From a virus: a DNA stretch of 44,350 nt. Positions 27,579 through 36,285 of the stretch are shown piece after piece; positions within the stretch are counted from its first letter, which is position 1, and each line of letters starts with the position of its first letter. The notes under the pieces were generated by a model that was given only the letters and a program-made list of their open reading frames with translations, ran no database searches and had not been told where the DNA came from. A program made the translations under genes and the position numbers. The DNA is taken from the UHGV virus genome UHGV-0187309; one strand, written 5' to 3'.

Positions 27579-28350
27579 TGTGAAGTGTGTATTATATCAC
27601 GACAACTTCCAAAACTTCAAAGGCTACAGCATCCCGAAAGCGCAGCTCGTCATCGCTGACATCCCGTACAACATCGGCGGCGATTTTTACGCAAGCCGCC
27701 CCGACTGGTATGTGGACGGTGACAATCAGAACGGCGAAAGCAGCAAAGCACATAAGGCGGCATTCCATACAGATTACAGCTTTAACATTGCTGAATACTT
27801 CGCCTTCTGCAACCGACTGCTCAAAAAAGAGCCGCCAAAAGGTGAAAAGGATGCGCCGTGCATGATCGTGTTCTGTGCCTTTCAGCAGATACCGGAAGTC
27901 ATCCGGCAGGCGGAGAAATACGGCTTCAAGAAGTATCAGTTTTTGTGTTTTATGAAGAATTACAGTCCGCAGGTGTTGAAGGCGAACATGAGGATCGTGG
28001 GCGCAACGGAATACGCTCTGGTGCTGTACCGGGGCAAGCTGCCGAAATTCCGAAACACGGATGAGAATGGCAAACACCACATGATCTTCGACCATTTTGA
28101 CTGGATGCGGGACGGCAAGGATATCCCGAAGATACATCCTTCGCAGAAGCCGGTAAATCTCCTGAAACGGCTGATCGGGATATTTACCGACGAGGGTGAT
28201 GTGGTCATCGATCCCTGCGCCGGTTCCGGCTCAACGCTGCGTGCGGCGAGGGAGCTTGGCAGACACAGCTACGGCTTTGAAGTCAGCCGGGATTTTTATA
28301 ATAAAGCCTGTGAACTGATGCTTGGGGAGGATACCGATGACGAAGCATGA
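27565..28350 (+). CDS. DNA amino-methyltransferase (N6-adenine or N4-cytosine)
   Basis: ADIPYN (DPPY-like motif IV), C-terminal DPCAGSGST motif I; start ATG 27565 overlapping the upstream gene. Confidence 0.8.
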   Translation: MQLSDVKCVLYHDNFQNFKGYSIPKAQLVIADIPYNIGGDFYASRPDWYVDGDNQNGESSKAHKAAFHTDYSFNIAEYFAFCNRLLKKEPPKGEKDAPCMIVFCAFQQIPEVIRQAEKYGFKKYQFLCFMKNYSPQVLKANMRIVGATEYALVLYRGKLPKFRNTDENGKHHMIFDHFDWMRDGKDIPKIHPSQKPVNLLKRLIGIFTDEGDVVIDPCAGSGSTLRAARELGRHSYGFEVSRDFYNKACELMLGEDTDDEA

Positions 28351-28582
28351 ATGTGCGGTCGTGACCGCTTACACAGAGATTTCTATGCTCAAGGGCGACG
28401 ATCTGAAATATCTGTATGACTATCTTTCCGGCTTTATCGGCAGACCGGTGTATACACACGAGATTTCTGCTGTGGTGATGGCTTACAGAGAGCAGATCAG
28501 GGAGGACTTCCTCGATCTGTGCAGGAACGCAAAGGAGGCGGATGATGGATCAGAAACACTTGACTCTCGGCAGCTTATTTGA
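28337..28582 (+). CDS. Small hypothetical protein
   Basis: 81 aa ORF from ATG 28337; overlaps both neighbouring genes; no recognisable motif. Confidence 0.45.
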   Translation: MTKHECAVVTAYTEISMLKGDDLKYLYDYLSGFIGRPVYTHEISAVVMAYREQIREDFLDLCRNAKEADDGSETLDSRQLI

Positions 28583-31145
28583 CGGCTCCGGTGGCTTTCC
28601 GCTTGGCGGCATCCTTGCAGGGATCGAGCCGAAGTGGAGCAGCGAAATTGAACCATTCCCGGTGCTTGTCACGCACAAGCGGCTGCCGCAGGTGAAGCAC
28701 TACGGCGATGTATCCAAACTGAACGGAGCAGAGCTTCCGCCGGTGGATATCATCACCTTCGGCAGCCCGTGTCAGGATCTGTCCATAGCGGGCAAGCGCG
28801 CCGGAATCCATGACGGTGATCGGTCAAACCTGTTCTTTCAGGCGATCCGCATCATCAAAGAAATGAGGGATGCAACAAATGGACGATATCCGCGATACTG
28901 CGTCTGGGAAAATGTCCCCGGCGCTTTCTCATCCAACGGAGGAAACGACTTCAAGGCTGTCCTCGAAGCAGTTATCGGAGTTAAAGAAAAAGGGATCGAG
29001 GTGCCTGCGCCTGAAAATCACAGATGGGCAAAATCAGACGTATATCTGGGAGACGGATGGAGCGTGGCTTACCGAGTTTTCGATGCTCAATACTGGGGTG
29101 TCCCCCAACGCAGAGCAAGAATCTACCTTGTCGCAGATCTTGCTGGTGGAAGTGCCGGAGAAGTATTATTTAAGTCCGAAGGCGTGTCTGGGTATACTCC
29201 GCAGGGCTTCCGTGCGTGGCAAGGAGCTGCCGGAGGTGCTGAAGAAGGCACTGGAGAGACAGGCGGGCGGTCTGACGCTGGAGGTGGAACCCTCTGCCTG
29301 AATACACAGGGCAACAGCGGCGTCGGCATCACCGAGAACAAGGCTCTCGCACTGGTCGCACAGGATCATGGCAATCATCCGGCTGTGCTTCATGCGGTCG
29401 GTATCGACGGCTACAATGCTGCGGTCACCGATGATACGGCAGCAACGCTTGGTGTGAACTGCGGAATGTCCACAGGCAGAAACGGTGTCCTGCAGGCGGC
29501 GGGATTTTCCACAGAACACAGTGCAAAAGCAAGGAGCATCGGCTACGAGGAAGAGGTATCTCCCACACTTCGAGCCGGTGTTGTTCCGGCGGCAATGGAG
29601 TTATATGAAAATCATGGGCAGGACAGCAGATTCAGAGGACCTTTGGATGTAGCACAGCCTGTGACTGCTACCTACGGCATGGGCGGCAACAATCAGCCGC
29701 TTGTGGTAGAGAACAATCCCACGGACGGCAGAGCGAAGATCAATCCCGACGGTGTGTTTCAGACGCTCTGCGGACGAGCCGGAACAGGCGGAAACAACAC
29801 GCCGCTTGTTGCTGAACCGGTCACGCTGAAAATCAGGTCGGGATGTGAGGGCGGTGGCAAGGGTGCTTTATGGCAGACCGACAAGTCTGCTACGCTCGGC
29901 ACAAACAATGACCAGAGTGTATTTGTTCCGTTCGTCAAGGGAACACGTCCGCACTCTGCTGAAGAGGGGCAAACATGGAAACCCGGCGAGGTCGCCAATA
30001 CACTGAATACCTTTGATGTCGGTGAAAGTCGCTGCAATGAACTTGTGGTGGAAGAGCCGCAGATCAGGGCTTTCGGTGTATGCAGCAAGCATTCCAATGC
30101 GATGATGTCCGACAATCCGCACAGCGGATTCTATGAGGCGACCACAAGCAGAACGCTCGACCAAAGTGGTGGAAATTCTGTGACATCGAATCAGGGCGGC
30201 ATCTGCGTGGTAGCACCTGCGCCTGAAACCTTCGATGTGCGTTTCACATCAGACGGTACAAAAAACGCTCGTGGGCATTGCTATCCGACAGACATCTCCC
30301 GATGCCTTGATACGAGCGAGGGATCGCCAGACTCGAATCACGGCGGTGTCGCTGTGGTGGCTCTTGAACCGGGGGCTGCATCACGTGTCGGCGGTCATGT
30401 ATACAGTGACGGCAAAAGCGGTACGCTTCGAGCCAATGCCGGCGATAATCAGCAGGCTGTTGTGGTCGCCGAGCCGGAGACCTATGCTCTGCAAGGCTCG
30501 ATGATCGGTCGTGCCGACAAGAACGGTCCGCAGGGTGATGGCATCAACGAGGATGTGTGCTTTACGCTCAATACATCGGACAGACACGCCATTGCCGCAC
30601 CTGATCCGTCCTTCACAATTTCCCGCGACAACCATTTTGCCGTTTCGGAGGATGTATCCGTTACAGCCGTGGCAAGAGGCCCTGCGGCAGTCGCAGCACC
30701 GGCAGACCACTATTGCACCAGTAAGAATTCGCATCATACGGTCGCCGCCCATGAGCAGGCAAACACGCTGGTCGCTTCCGACTGGAAGGATCCGCCGCTT
30801 GTGAACGACCTTCCGAATGACGAGCCAGTATATATCGTTCGCCGCTTGACTCCGGTTGAGTGCGCCAGATTGCAGGGATTCCCTGACTGGTGGTGTGCCG
30901 ACCTTGCAATTACTGATCCTTCCGATGAGGAGATCGCCTTCTGGACGGAGGTCTGGGAGACATGGCGGCAGGTCACAAATCCCAAGGGCAAGCCGAAAAC
31001 GGAAAAGCAGATCCGCAAATGGCTGGCTGATCCGTACACGGATTCAGCGGAGTACAAGCTGTGGGGCAACGGTGTCTCAGAGCCGGTCGTATACTTCGTG
31101 CTTTCCGGCATCGCATGGGCAGCGCAGAGAGATACACAAAAGTGA
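28542..31145 (+). CDS. DNA cytosine-5 methyltransferase with an unusually long, internally repetitive variable (target-recognition) region
   Basis: Motif I LFDGSGGF, motif IV GSPCQDLS, motif VI ENVPG in first ~130 aa; motifs IX/X (RRLTPVECARLQGFPDWW ... LWGNGVSEPVVYF) only in the last ~100 aa; ~600 aa in between with recurring TL-containing modules. True start may be ATG 28545. Confidence 0.85.
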   Translation: MMDQKHLTLGSLFDGSGGFPLGGILAGIEPKWSSEIEPFPVLVTHKRLPQVKHYGDVSKLNGAELPPVDIITFGSPCQDLSIAGKRAGIHDGDRSNLFFQAIRIIKEMRDATNGRYPRYCVWENVPGAFSSNGGNDFKAVLEAVIGVKEKGIEVPAPENHRWAKSDVYLGDGWSVAYRVFDAQYWGVPQRRARIYLVADLAGGSAGEVLFKSEGVSGYTPQGFRAWQGAAGGAEEGTGETGGRSDAGGGTLCLNTQGNSGVGITENKALALVAQDHGNHPAVLHAVGIDGYNAAVTDDTAATLGVNCGMSTGRNGVLQAAGFSTEHSAKARSIGYEEEVSPTLRAGVVPAAMELYENHGQDSRFRGPLDVAQPVTATYGMGGNNQPLVVENNPTDGRAKINPDGVFQTLCGRAGTGGNNTPLVAEPVTLKIRSGCEGGGKGALWQTDKSATLGTNNDQSVFVPFVKGTRPHSAEEGQTWKPGEVANTLNTFDVGESRCNELVVEEPQIRAFGVCSKHSNAMMSDNPHSGFYEATTSRTLDQSGGNSVTSNQGGICVVAPAPETFDVRFTSDGTKNARGHCYPTDISRCLDTSEGSPDSNHGGVAVVALEPGAASRVGGHVYSDGKSGTLRANAGDNQQAVVVAEPETYALQGSMIGRADKNGPQGDGINEDVCFTLNTSDRHAIAAPDPSFTISRDNHFAVSEDVSVTAVARGPAAVAAPADHYCTSKNSHHTVAAHEQANTLVASDWKDPPLVNDLPNDEPVYIVRRLTPVECARLQGFPDWWCADLAITDPSDEEIAFWTEVWETWRQVTNPKGKPKTEKQIRKWLADPYTDSAEYKLWGNGVSEPVVYFVLSGIAWAAQRDTQK

Positions 31146-31222
31146 ACGCATAACGTGCCCGTTTTGAAACGATGAAACGAAAACTCCCGAATCTGCGTTA
31201 CTTTGATTTCGCAAAGATACAC

Positions 31223-31405
31223 TCATTCAGATTTCTTGTCTCCGCCAAGCTCGATCTTTCCGTGCTTTTCCTCATATTTTTCAATGCAGTCACGGATCAG
31301 GATCAGAACCTGACTGTTGGCAGAACGACCTTCGTAATCGGCAACAACGTGAAGTTTATCAAGCATCTCCTGTTCGATACGGATGGATACACTTTTAATA
31401 GCCAT
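31223..31405 (-). CDS. Ribbon-helix-helix (CopG/Arc/MetJ-like) DNA-binding protein
   Basis: 60 aa; MAIKSVSIRIEQEMLDKL N-terminal beta-strand plus helices typical of RHH; only minus-strand gene in a long plus-strand block. Confidence 0.7.
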   Translation of the reverse strand: MAIKSVSIRIEQEMLDKLHVVADYEGRSANSQVLILIRDCIEKYEEKHGKIELGGDKKSE

Positions 31406-31518
31406 AAAACAACTTCCTTTCAGATATATTATGACTTTATTTTAGACCTGTTTTGTGGTATAATGTTTGAAATGGATATAAAGTGTATCTAAAATATATC
31501 TATAAGAAGTTGTACGAT

Positions 31519-31857
31519 ATGAAAATAGCAATTATTGGCTCACGGGGACTTCATGTGAATGACCTTGAACGGTATCTTCCGGAAGATGTCACAGAAATCG
31601 TCAGCGGAGGAGCAAGGGGCATTGATTCGGATGCGCGGGCATACGCACAGGCACACGGCATTCCGCTGAAGGAGTTTCTGCCGGATTATGAACGCTTCGG
31701 CAGGAGCGCCCCGCTGAAACGGAATCTTGAGATCATCGCTTATGCCGATGTGGTGCTTGCATTCTGGGACGGACAGTCACGCGGCACGAAATATGTGATA
31801 GACCATTGCCGGGAACAGCACGTTCCGGTCAGGGTTTTCGCACCGAGAAAGAAATAG
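31519..31857 (+). CDS. SLOG-superfamily (DprA/LOG-like, DUF2493-like) small Rossmann-fold protein
   Basis: KIAIIGSRG ... VSGGARGIDSDA ... AFWDGQSRGT pattern shared with DprA/LOG-type domains; extended -10 TGGTATAAT promoter just upstream. Confidence 0.65.
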   Translation: MKIAIIGSRGLHVNDLERYLPEDVTEIVSGGARGIDSDARAYAQAHGIPLKEFLPDYERFGRSAPLKRNLEIIAYADVVLAFWDGQSRGTKYVIDHCREQHVPVRVFAPRKK

Positions 31858-31861
31858 TAAT

Positions 31862-31935
31862 AAAGAAGCCATGCAGCAAATTGTGAACATTCTGATACTA
31901 AATCAGATGTTCTGCCGCAGGGCTTCTTTCTATTC
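31862..31935 (+). terminator. Long hairpin terminator after the SLOG gene
   Basis: AAAGAAGCC ... GGCTTCTTTC inverted repeat with inner CTGAT/ATCAG hairpin, followed by T-rich tract. Confidence 0.5.
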
Positions 31936-31991
31936 TGTACTATGCACAATCTAAAGGGCAGACACGCCCCGTACATTCTCCGTTTTACAGT

Positions 31992-32035
31992 CTTGCATTC
32001 CGGGGCAAAAGACGGTAATATGTGACTACGAAAAC
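31992..32035 (+). promoter_or_regulatory. Cassette promoter P1 (CTTGCA-18-TAATAT) with conserved GTGAC downstream box
   Basis: First of nine near-identical promoter units; precedes ATG 32090. Confidence 0.6.
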
Positions 32036-32089
32036 GCCGCAGCCCAACGCACAAGGCTGAGGGGCGGCAGTAAAAACGGAGGTAATCAT

Positions 32090-32998
32090 ATGGAAATCAA
32101 GTTCAATATTGAAAAGAGCCAGCGCAAGGCACTGGCACAGAAAATCGGCGAGCTGACAGGAGCAGAGGTCAAGTACCTCGGTGTACCGGGCTGCAGATAC
32201 CAGATCGACTTCTTCACCCTGGACAAAAACGCAGTCCTCAGTTTCAGCGACCGCATCGACACAGATATCGTGGAGAAGGTACTGAATGGGCTTGCAGAGG
32301 CAGGATATGAAAGCAAAACAGTAGCACCGCCGGAAGAAACGGATGCTTCGGCTGAATCAGAGCCGGATATCCCTGACGAACCGAGCAGCGGATTTCCGCT
32401 GCTCGCAAGCATCAGCTTCCCGATTGCAGAGCACACGGTGCAGAGCCTTACAAACCTTATCTGCATGATCCACTCCCGCGGCGCACTTCTCAGCAAGGCG
32501 ACCGGCGGACAGTTCTTCGCAGACAAGAGCCTCGCCGATGCGATCCTCGATGACAAGACCTTCCGCAGCATCCACGAGCTTATCGCCTACATCAGAGTAT
32601 GGGAGGAAACGAATCCCGAACTGAAGGGCATCCGTTTCGCCGATGACAAGCTGATCTTTGACGGCTTCGGTGCAGCGCAGGATGCCGAAACGGTGCAGAC
32701 CTTCACCAAGCTCGCCACAGCCATGAACAGGATGGCGATCACGCAGAAACGTGTGCAGGCAAAGGATGTCGATGACAGCAACGAAAAGTACGCACTCCGC
32801 ATCTGGCTGATCCGCCTTGGGCTGAACGGCGCAGACTGCAAGGTTGACCGCAAGCGCCTCATGGCTCCGCTTTCCGGACACACCGCATTCCGCAACGATG
32901 CGGAGCGTGTGCGCTGGGAGGCAAAGCAAAAGGCAAAGCGTGATGCTGCCAGAACCGAACTGACCGAGGAGGATGAAAACGATGCAGTTTCCGAATGA
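32090..32998 (+). CDS. Hypothetical protein
   Basis: 302 aa; ACGGAGGTAA RBS; no recognisable motif. Confidence 0.75.
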   Translation: MEIKFNIEKSQRKALAQKIGELTGAEVKYLGVPGCRYQIDFFTLDKNAVLSFSDRIDTDIVEKVLNGLAEAGYESKTVAPPEETDASAESEPDIPDEPSSGFPLLASISFPIAEHTVQSLTNLICMIHSRGALLSKATGGQFFADKSLADAILDDKTFRSIHELIAYIRVWEETNPELKGIRFADDKLIFDGFGAAQDAETVQTFTKLATAMNRMAITQKRVQAKDVDDSNEKYALRIWLIRLGLNGADCKVDRKRLMAPLSGHTAFRNDAERVRWEAKQKAKRDAARTELTEEDENDAVSE

Positions 32999-33230
32999 AA
33001 GACAGCTCAGAGCCTTGCGGGAGCGTTATCCCGCAGGCACCCGCATCCGACTGAAGCATATGGATGACCCTTATGCACCCGTACCGCCCGGCACGGTCGG
33101 CGAGGTTCAGATGGTTGATGACGGCGGCAACATACACATGGTCTGGGAGAATGGCAGAACGCTCTCCCTTATAGACGGTGTCGATGATTTCCAGGTCATT
33201 TCTGACCGCAATGGGGGCTCCGGAAAATAA
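32982..33230 (+). CDS. DUF4314-like small protein
   Basis: PAGTRIRLKHMDDPYAPVPPGTVGEVQMVDDGGNIHMVWENGRTLSLIDGVDDF matches the DUF4314 pattern as I recall it; start at ATG 32982. Confidence 0.65.
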   Translation: MQFPNERQLRALRERYPAGTRIRLKHMDDPYAPVPPGTVGEVQMVDDGGNIHMVWENGRTLSLIDGVDDFQVISDRNGGSGK

Positions 33231-33341
33231 GAGATCCTATTCCATTGTATCCGAGTATACCATAGAATTTCAAGTATATCAAGTGTACACATACACCAGA
33301 TATGAGCAATGTATTTTCCTCGATATTCTGTGGTTTTAGCG

Positions 33342-33402
33342 GCTTGCTATATCCTCCGAAAGACGGTAATATGTGACACAACGGAAGGGCAAACGCCCAC
33401 CG
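33342..33402 (+). promoter_or_regulatory. Cassette promoter P2 (CTTGCT-19-TAATAT) plus conserved leader hairpin
   Basis: TAATATGTGACACAACGGAAGGGCAAACGCCCACCGAAAA leader. Confidence 0.6.
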
Positions 33403-33427
33403 AAAAACCGAATCGGAGGATACCAAA

Positions 33428-34372
33428 ATGACTGAGAAAACCGCACAGCAGATCAACAGAATGAAGGAGCAGACCATCGGGGTTGAGATCGAGATGAACA
33501 ACATCACCCGCAAGGCTGCCGCAAAGCTCGCCGCCGACTTCTTCGGCACGAACCGCTACGAGGACACGGCCTGCCGCAACGGCTACGAAACCTACAGTGC
33601 TTGGGACGCACAGGGACGCGAGTGGAAATTCCAGAAGGACGTCAGCATCGCAGGCCCCGACAGCGAAAAGTGCGAACTGGTCACACCGATCCTGCACTAC
33701 GCAGACATCGAAACCCTGCAGGAGCTTGTGAGAAGGCTCAGAAAGGCAGGAGCGCGCAGTGATTACACGCGGGGATGTGGAGTCCACTGCCACATTGGAG
33801 CCCAGGGACACACACCGCAGAGCCTCAGAAACCTCGCAAACCTTATGGCAAGCCACGAAACCCTGATCGCCGAGGCAATCAGAGTAGACCAGAGCAGAAT
33901 GCACCGCTACTGCAGAACAGTTGACCCGAGATTCCTTGAACAGCTCAACCGCAAAAAGCCCACCACGATGGCACAGCTTGCGGACATCTGGTACGGCGCA
34001 CAGGGCTGCGAATACGGCAGAACCCACCACTACAACGACAGCCGCTATCACATGCTCAACCTCCACGCTACCTTCACCAAAGGCACGGTCGAGTTCAGAC
34101 TTTTCCAGTTCGCACCGCCTTCCAACGGCAAGCAGAACGGGCTCCACGCAGGCAAGCTCAAGAGCTACATTCAGCTCTGCCTCGCAATGAGCCAGATGGC
34201 AAAGGACCTGCGGAGCGCCAGCCCCAAGGAACAGCAGAAGGAAAACAAAAAGTTCGCCATGCGGACTTGGCTGATGAGAATGGGATTCATCGGGGATGAA
34301 TTCGCAACGGCGAGAGAGGTCCTCACTGAGAACCTTACGGGCGACAACAGCTTCCGCTTCGGCAGATCTTAA
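33428..34372 (+). CDS. Putative amidoligase (glutamine-synthetase-like fold, Amidoligase_2-type)
   Basis: 314 aa; GVEIEMNN (ExE motif) and GCGVHCHIGAQGH (HxH motif) as in GS-like amidoligases of phages and conjugative elements; family call from memory. Confidence 0.7.
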   Translation: MTEKTAQQINRMKEQTIGVEIEMNNITRKAAAKLAADFFGTNRYEDTACRNGYETYSAWDAQGREWKFQKDVSIAGPDSEKCELVTPILHYADIETLQELVRRLRKAGARSDYTRGCGVHCHIGAQGHTPQSLRNLANLMASHETLIAEAIRVDQSRMHRYCRTVDPRFLEQLNRKKPTTMAQLADIWYGAQGCEYGRTHHYNDSRYHMLNLHATFTKGTVEFRLFQFAPPSNGKQNGLHAGKLKSYIQLCLAMSQMAKDLRSASPKEQQKENKKFAMRTWLMRMGFIGDEFATAREVLTENLTGDNSFRFGRS

Positions 34373-34636
34373 AGGCCTGCCCTTCGGGGCGGAAGAACAA
34401 GCGGAACGGCACGGCGGCGCACACAGCCGCCACGGTCTCGGCTCTCGCCTCGGTCGGTGCTTCTGCTTCGCAGAGGTTGCCACTGGCAACCCGCACCCCC
34501 GTGTGTGGCGGAAAGGGTATCCTCCGAATCGGTATCCCATCTCAGTCAACCGCGCCACACAGCGCAAATGTAGGCAAGGCATAAAATGCACAACATACGG
34601 CACAGAATCGCCCTCGATGATCTGTTCATTTACCCG

Positions 34637-34666
34637 CTTGATAATGCCGCCGAAATGAGTTAACAT
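34637..34666 (+). promoter_or_regulatory. Cassette promoter P3 (CTTGAT-18-TAACAT)
   Basis: Same -35/18/-10 geometry as other cassette promoters; precedes ATG 34706. Confidence 0.5.
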
Positions 34667-34705
34667 AGCACTACCGCAAGGAAAAAACGCAAAGGAGAAC
34701 ATAGC

Positions 34706-35173
34706 ATGAACAAGAAAAAATACTACATAGCCTACGGCAGCAACCTCAACATCCGCCAGATGCGATTCCGCTGCTCAGGCGCAAAGCCCATCGGCATTTC
34801 CGCGATTCCTGACTACGAACTGCTCTTCAAGGGCAGCAAGACGGGAGCGTACCTCACCATCGAGCCGAAGGACGGCGGGCTTGTTCCGGTCGCCGTGTGG
34901 GAAGTGACAGCCGACGATGAGAAGCACCTCGACATCTACGAGGGCTACCCGAACTTCTACTACAAGAAGGAAGTCCGCCTGCCAATCAGGCTGGCAAACG
35001 GCAAGACCAAAAAGGTCACGGCATTTGTCTACATCATGCACGAGGAGCGTGAGATTGCGATCCCGTCAATGACCTACATCCGCACCTGCGAGGAAGGCTA
35101 CCGCAACTTCGGCTTCGACACCAAGTTCCTTGATGCCGCCTACGAGATCAGCGCAAAGGAGGTACAGCGATGA
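34706..35173 (+). CDS. Gamma-glutamyl cyclotransferase-like (GGCT/AIG2-like) protein
   Basis: N-terminal YYIAYGSNLN signature and YEGYP Glu-containing motif. Confidence 0.8.
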   Translation: MNKKKYYIAYGSNLNIRQMRFRCSGAKPIGISAIPDYELLFKGSKTGAYLTIEPKDGGLVPVAVWEVTADDEKHLDIYEGYPNFYYKKEVRLPIRLANGKTKKVTAFVYIMHEEREIAIPSMTYIRTCEEGYRNFGFDTKFLDAAYEISAKEVQR

Positions 35174-35370
35174 AAGACCGCAACAAAGAGCCGCACATCT
35201 GCCCGAAATGCGGGCAGGCGTACACCGCCCGACCAGCTCTTTCCCGCGTGGATAACAGCCCAATCTGCCCCGACTGCGGAACGCGTGAAGCGCTTGAAAG
35301 CATCGGCGTCGGACGCGAGGAACAGGACAAGATTCTCGGCATCATCCACGAGAAGTACGAAGGCGAATAA
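35170..35370 (+). CDS. Small zinc-ribbon protein
   Basis: 66 aa; CPKCG...CPDCG Cys4; start overlaps the GGCT-like stop (ATGA). Confidence 0.6.
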   Translation: MKDRNKEPHICPKCGQAYTARPALSRVDNSPICPDCGTREALESIGVGREEQDKILGIIHEKYEGE

Positions 35371-35378
35371 GTCGGCAC

Positions 35379-35402
35379 AAAGGGGCGTTACAGCCCCTTT
35401 CC
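35379..35402 (+). terminator. Hairpin AAGGGGC-GTTACA-GCCCCTT after the zinc-ribbon gene (candidate terminator)
   Basis: 7 bp GC-rich stem with weak T-tract. Confidence 0.4.
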
Positions 35403-35526
35403 GCATTCTCAGGGATAACTTATCCCCCACTTTCCGGGCGTGACACGGCGCGTTCTGGCGCAAACTATGTACCTGTTCAGCTTGCTGAAAACGGCGATTC
35501 TTCTACGATTTATTTTGCACATAGGC

Positions 35527-35590
35527 GTGGACTTTTCAGGCAAAAGGCGGTAGTATGTGACACAACGGAAGGGCAGACAGCCCACCGGAA
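35527..35590 (+). promoter_or_regulatory. Cassette promoter P4 (GTGGAC-18-TAGTAT) plus conserved leader hairpin
   Basis: TAGTATGTGACACAACGGAAGGGCAGACAGCCCACCGG. Confidence 0.55.
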
Positions 35591-35613
35591 TTCATAACAT
35601 GGAGGATACGAAC

Positions 35614-36084
35614 ATGAACGACAGCTACTTTGAGGAGATGACCTTCCAGTGCGCCGCCTATGAACGCGCCAAAAAGGAGCGCGCCGAGCGCAAGGCTCAG
35701 ATTGCCGAAGCCCACGGCTACGACAGCCCGGAGGTGGACGCTTGGTACGCTGAGGAGAAGGCGGCAGGTCCTTACCCCTACAGCGGCAATGAGATGAAAG
35801 CCTACTGGGTGTACAAGATGCGCCGCGAGAACGACGGTGACGAGTTCGAGATGAGCGATTACTGCTGGGACAAGGAATTCCACGATTTCATCGAAACGCT
35901 CCGCAAGCTAGGCATCACCGAGTTCACGATCACCAATCAGAGCACGGCGCTGATGGAGAACATCTACGGATTTATTGCAGAAGGCTGCACGATGGTCGGA
36001 ACGCACACCATCACCAAGAAGAGCCTGCGCTGGGGCGAGGAAGAATACGAAACGGCACAGGGCATCCTTTTCAAGGTGAACTGA
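35614..36084 (+). CDS. Hypothetical protein
   Basis: 156 aa from ATG 35614 (GGAGGATACGAAC RBS). Confidence 0.7.
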   Translation: MNDSYFEEMTFQCAAYERAKKERAERKAQIAEAHGYDSPEVDAWYAEEKAAGPYPYSGNEMKAYWVYKMRRENDGDEFEMSDYCWDKEFHDFIETLRKLGITEFTITNQSTALMENIYGFIAEGCTMVGTHTITKKSLRWGEEEYETAQGILFKVN

Positions 36085-36092
36085 TATCGACA

Positions 36093-36130
36093 GGAGCAGG
36101 GCTTCGGCTCTGCTCCCCTCCCCCTTTTCC
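36093..36130 (+). terminator. Rho-independent terminator-like hairpin (10 bp stem, TTCG loop)
   Basis: GGAGCAGGGC-TTCG-GCTCTGCTCC followed by CCTCCCCCTTTTCC; near-identical hairpin also after 38529. Confidence 0.55.
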
Positions 36131-36200
36131 TCATGTGTAAATCCTACAATACGAAAGGCTGAGATCGGCGATTCTTCTACGTTTTATTTTGCACATAGGC

Positions 36201-36270
36201 GTGGACTTATCAGCAGGATCATGGTAATATGTGACACAACGGAAGGGCAGAACGCCTACCGAAAAACGAA
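36201..36270 (+). promoter_or_regulatory. Cassette promoter P5 (GTGGAC-18-TAATAT) plus leader hairpin
   Basis: TAATATGTGACACAACGGAAGGGCAGAACGCCTACCGAAAA. Confidence 0.55.
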
Positions 36271-36285
36271 ACGGAGGATAACACC

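Noticed and set aside
26235-28137. Minus-strand ORFs of 412 aa and 181 aa across the two amino-methyltransferase genes
   Set aside because: Plus-strand frames carry canonical methyltransferase motifs (DPPY, FxGxG); antisense ORFs are artefacts of GC-rich coding sequence.
33347-34702. 451-aa minus-strand ORF overlapping the amidoligase-like gene
   Set aside because: Antisense to a well-supported plus-strand gene with RBS and family motifs; Ala/Arg/Pro-rich low-complexity translation typical of a GC-rich antisense frame; no RBS.
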